This document shows, piece after piece, positions 60,783-64,000 of a stretch of DNA of 64,000 nucleotides. Origin of the DNA: an uncultured delta proteobacterium (GTDB taxonomy: Bacteria > Myxococcota_A > Polyangia > Fen-1088); NCBI GenBank assembly GCA_963737265.1, contig CAVTRY010000013.1, positions 192,001 through 256,000 of the forward strand, in the 5' to 3' direction. Below the pieces are notes generated by a model that saw only the letters and a program-made list of their open reading frames with translations, was not told the DNA's origin and did no database searches. Position 1 is the stretch's first letter; every line of letters starts with the position of its first letter. The position numbers and the translations under genes were made by a program.

Positions 60783-61067
60783 CGGCATCCTCCTGGATAA
60801 GGGCGGCGACGTTATCAGCGATTGCCGTTTGTGGCAATCGGAGTTTTCAGCGCGCGTCATCGCTGCCCAACAATTCCCCACTCTGCCCAATAATTCCGCC
60901 AGTCATCGCGTCATCTCCGAATCATTGGGCAAAGCCGCCCACGGCCGGTCATCGACTTAGCCGGCCGCACCCAGCGCAGATCGAAAGAAGCTTTGGGCAG
61001 TGCCCACACATATTTTCGCAGAATGTTTTCCCAAGGACCGTCACAAGAAGGAGTCGCGAGGTTAGCA

Positions 61068-62528
61068 ATGAGAGGCTCTCTTTTCACCGTCATGGTTTTC
61101 GGCCTCGTGGCAGCGGGCACCTCGTGCTCGAGCAGTTCCGGCGGGTCCAACGGGCTGGGCGGCGCAGGGGCGGGCGGCGCGCCGAGCAAAGGCGGAGACC
61201 CGGGCGCGGGCGGCGCTGGCGCGCAAGCCGGAGGCGCCACGATAGGGTCCGGTGGCGCGACAGGGGCCGGTGGTGCGACGGGCGCGGGTGGGGCCACAGC
61301 GTTGGGCGGCGCCGCTGGCACTGGCGGCGTGGCGGCGAAGGGTGGCGCTGCCGGTGCTGGCGGCGCGACGGCGACGGGCGGGGCAACGGCGACGGGCGGC
61401 GCGACGACGATGGGTGGCACAGCGGCGACGGGTGGGACAACGGCGACAGGCGGAGCGCTGGCCACGGGCGGGGCGGGGACCGGCGGCACCGCCAATAGCT
61501 GCGGAACGACGATGCGAGGCATTTCGGCAATGGACATGGTCAAGGACATGGGGCTCGGATGGAACCTGGGAAACACCCTTGATGCAACAGGATCGGGCCT
61601 CTCGAGCGAGACTGCATGGGGCAACCCGCTGACGACCCAGGCTATGATTCAGTCCGTTGCTACGGCAGGGTTCAAGTCGATCCGCATTCCCGTGACCTGG
61701 GCGGGCCACTTTGGCGGCGCACCCGGCTATGTCATCGATTCGGCCTGGATGAACTGCGTCCAGCAGATCGTGGACTGGGCGCAGGCTGCGGGCCTGTACG
61801 CGATCGTCAACATGCATCACGACGGGCTAAGTCCTAACGGGTGGCTCCTTGGCGCCGCCACCAACCCCACGGGTGTCATTGCGGAGTACAAGGCCCTGTG
61901 GGCGCAGATCGCCAAGAGGTTCAGCTGCTATTCCGACAAGTTGATCTTTGAGTCCATGAATGAGGTGGGTTTCGCAAGCATGGAATCTGGCGGCAGCCCA
62001 TCCCAAACCGCTATCAACCTGCTGAACCAATTGAACAGCGAATTCGCCACACTGGTACGCGCATCGGGCGGAAACAACTCTCTACGCTACTTACTGGTTG
62101 CGGGCTATTGGACGGATATTCCCCGCTCCACAGGTGTACTCATGCCGGACAGTCGGTGTATCCTATCCGTTCACTACTACACACCCTCTTCTTTCACGTT
62201 CGGCTCTTCGAACCCCTGGGGTAGCACCACGGAGGTCAACTCGTTGCTCGCAGATTGGGCTTTTGTCCAGACCCACTACATCAACAAGAATATACCCGTG
62301 ATCCTCGGTGAGTACGGCGTTGCTTCGGCCGATGATGCCGCAAGCCGCATCTACTGGAACGAGTATGTGACTAAGGCTGCGCATGATTGCGGCGCCGCCC
62401 CCTATCTTTGGGATGACGGCGGTGACATGAGCATTTTCAACCGCCGAAATCTGACTTGGACGACGAGCGTACTCGACGCCTTGAAGCGCGCAGGGAGCGG
62501 GCAGACCTACACCATCACCAAGCAATGA
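61068..62528 (+). CDS. GH5 glycoside hydrolase lipoprotein with Gly/Ala/Thr linker
   Basis: GWNLGNTLD, ETAWGNP, IRIPVTW, FESMNE (acid/base), SVHYY, ILGEYG (nucleophile), WDDG. Confidence 0.92.
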   Translation: MRGSLFTVMVFGLVAAGTSCSSSSGGSNGLGGAGAGGAPSKGGDPGAGGAGAQAGGATIGSGGATGAGGATGAGGATALGGAAGTGGVAAKGGAAGAGGATATGGATATGGATTMGGTAATGGTTATGGALATGGAGTGGTANSCGTTMRGISAMDMVKDMGLGWNLGNTLDATGSGLSSETAWGNPLTTQAMIQSVATAGFKSIRIPVTWAGHFGGAPGYVIDSAWMNCVQQIVDWAQAAGLYAIVNMHHDGLSPNGWLLGAATNPTGVIAEYKALWAQIAKRFSCYSDKLIFESMNEVGFASMESGGSPSQTAINLLNQLNSEFATLVRASGGNNSLRYLLVAGYWTDIPRSTGVLMPDSRCILSVHYYTPSSFTFGSSNPWGSTTEVNSLLADWAFVQTHYINKNIPVILGEYGVASADDAASRIYWNEYVTKAAHDCGAAPYLWDDGGDMSIFNRRNLTWTTSVLDALKRAGSGQTYTITKQ

Positions 62529-62866
62529 GACGCACCCCGCGTGGGATGCGCGCGGTTACGACGAAGTTGTATTGGATGCCGGGAATCAAATCTGGAGTCC
62601 GTGGTCGTGAAGGAAATGCCCTGGCAACCCTAACCGGTGTCCGCACTCGATTGTCTTTGAAGTTTGGCAGCAGCGGAGCGAGTGCGGTCGGCACGGAAAG
62701 CTCTGCCAGCTCCGGTGGCACAAACACGGAAGCTAGCTAGGGACTCGGATCGGCCCGGTCCCCGCTTGGCCGAGCCGGGGCGAGGATTACCCCACGCGAC
62801 TGTCGTACCACACCGTTAGCGGTTTCGGGAGTTGCCGGTCGTGAGGACGATCAGTCCTGGGCGAGG

Positions 62867-64000
62867 TTACGGCTTGAGCGAGATGAGCCGATCTTCGGTG
62901 GGATTGACCTCGACCCAGATGTCCTTGTAGTAGACCTTCGTGTTGGCGGCGTGAGCCTGAAGGCCGATGGGGCCTTCGGGCTTCGGGCGGTTGAGATCCG
63001 CAACGGTAATGTCGAGGATGAGCGACCCGTTCACGGCCATGCGAATGCGACCCGTGGCGCGGGTGAGGAGTATCTCGGCCTGCGTCCAAGCATCCATGAG
63101 CTGCTGGGCGGGCGTGTTGAAGATGCTGCCCGCCGTGGTCGCGATGCCGGCGTTGGTGAGGTAGTCCCAGGTCCACTCGTTCGGCGGCATGACGTCCAAG
63201 CAAGCGACATCACCGTTGCCCCACTTGCCGGGAGGCGGCTGCGGGCCCCAGAAGCCGATGCCCTGGTGATCGCTGTCCGTCTTCGTCGACACAAAAATGC
63301 GCACGGTCGAGAAGCTATCCTTGGTGATGCAGAATTCCCCTTGTCCCGTGCCTACTATGGCCCCGTCCACGACGTGCCATGTGTTCGGGTTGCAGTTCCA
63401 TCCGGTCAGGGTCTTGCCATCGAAAAGCGGCATGAGGGTGGAGACCGTCGACGGATCGAACGGTGGCGTGTAGAGACTGTCCTTGGGTGGAACCTGAATC
63501 CCGGAATCGGGCCGAACGATCACGGTGCCGGTTTCGTCGAGCCTCACGTCGGGCCCTCCGCTGCCACCGAGACCGCCATCGCTCACGGCTCCGCCCAATC
63601 CGGAGGTGCCGGCAGTGCCGGTTGCACCACCGCTACTCGTTCCGCCGCCTCCGGTTGCCCCGGCGTTGCCGCCCGAGCCGCCACCACTTGAGCCAGCCTT
63701 GCCGCCCGAGCCATTTCCCGCCGCTCCGGCATTGCCGCCGGTTCCGCCACCACTCGAGCCAGCCTTGCCGCCCGAGCCATTTCCCGCCGCTCCGGCATTG
63801 CCGCCCGTTCCGCTGCCACCGGTTGCCCCGGCATTGCCGCCCGAGCCGCCACCACTCGAGCCAGCCTTGCCGCCCGAGCCATTTCCCGCCGCTCCGGCGC
63901 TACCGCCCGTTCCGCCTTTTACCGTCACGCCGCCGGATCCTGTGGTGCTGGTCGCCGGTGTGCTGCTACCGCATGCCTGCATGCAGACCCAGGTGAGGGC
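62867..64000 (-). CDS. DUF1080 (3-keto-disaccharide hydrolase-like) lipoprotein with Gly-rich repeats; start probably beyond the window
   Basis: LFDGKTLTGW, WHVVDGAI, GPIGLQAH, YKDIWV. Repeated AGNGSGGKAGSSGGG linker. Confidence 0.85.
   Translation of the reverse strand, partial: ALTWVCMQACGSSTPATSTTGSGGVTVKGGTGGSAGAAGNGSGGKAGSSGGGSGGNAGATGGSGTGGNAGAAGNGSGGKAGSSGGGTGGNAGAAGNGSGGKAGSSGGGSGGNAGATGGGGTSSGGATGTAGTSGLGGAVSDGGLGGSGGPDVRLDETGTVIVRPDSGIQVPPKDSLYTPPFDPSTVSTLMPLFDGKTLTGWNCNPNTWHVVDGAIVGTGQGEFCITKDSFSTVRIFVSTKTDSDHQGIGFWGPQPPPGKWGNGDVACLDVMPPNEWTWDYLTNAGIATTAGSIFNTPAQQLMDAWTQAEILLTRATGRIRMAVNGSLILDITVADLNRPKPEGPIGLQAHAANTKVYYKDIWVEVNPTEDRLISLKP

Larger units (their letters stand above)
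58675..60937. mobile_element. TIR-bounded transposon remnant with SWIM-DDE transposase, RHH regulator and passenger genes
   Basis: CGGCTTTGCCCAACAATT (58675-58692) is inverted against AATCATTGGGCAAAGCCG (60920-60937), 16/18 match. Subterminal TGCCCA(A/G)YAATT at 58699, 58719, 60864 and 60884. No target duplication found. Confidence 0.7.

Noticed and set aside
62530-62800. Structured RNA or riboswitch between the GH5 and DUF1080 genes
   Set aside because: Only generic GC-rich hairpins between convergent genes; no recognisable family motif.

Overview
GC-rich bacterial DNA, probably from a myxobacterium (Polyangia-like). This is inferred from the Cys-rich/fibro-slime and Gly-rich-linker lipoproteins. 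Ordinary segments contain a phosphate-scavenging-like cluster, a FIST sensor, YfhO, RlmN-like, PPi-PFK, an RND pump, a two-gene cyanophycin synthetase locus, transketolase, DUF3015/DUF4105, GH5 and DUF1080 genes. Two accessory zones interrupt them. (1) 16.2-21.9 kb: a 43-bp higher-order tandem array sits where an integron integrase would be expected. It is followed by an attI-like site and four attC-bounded cassettes (HNH nuclease, TM2 protein, inverted TA pair, methyltransferase). The last attC is split by a truncated group IIC intron. (2) About 42.5-61 kb is a decaying island. It holds TA pairs and a ~110-bp inverted-repeat element present three times with stuttered ends and gene pieces between copies. 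It also has an IS1202/ISNCY-like end, a collapsed type I R-M operon cut by an intact IS21, and a 2.26-kb TIR-bounded element carrying a SWIM-DDE transposase, an RHH regulator and an Ntn-hydrolase-like passenger. No rRNA, tRNA or CRISPR array was seen. All family calls come from motif recognition by eye, not from searches.
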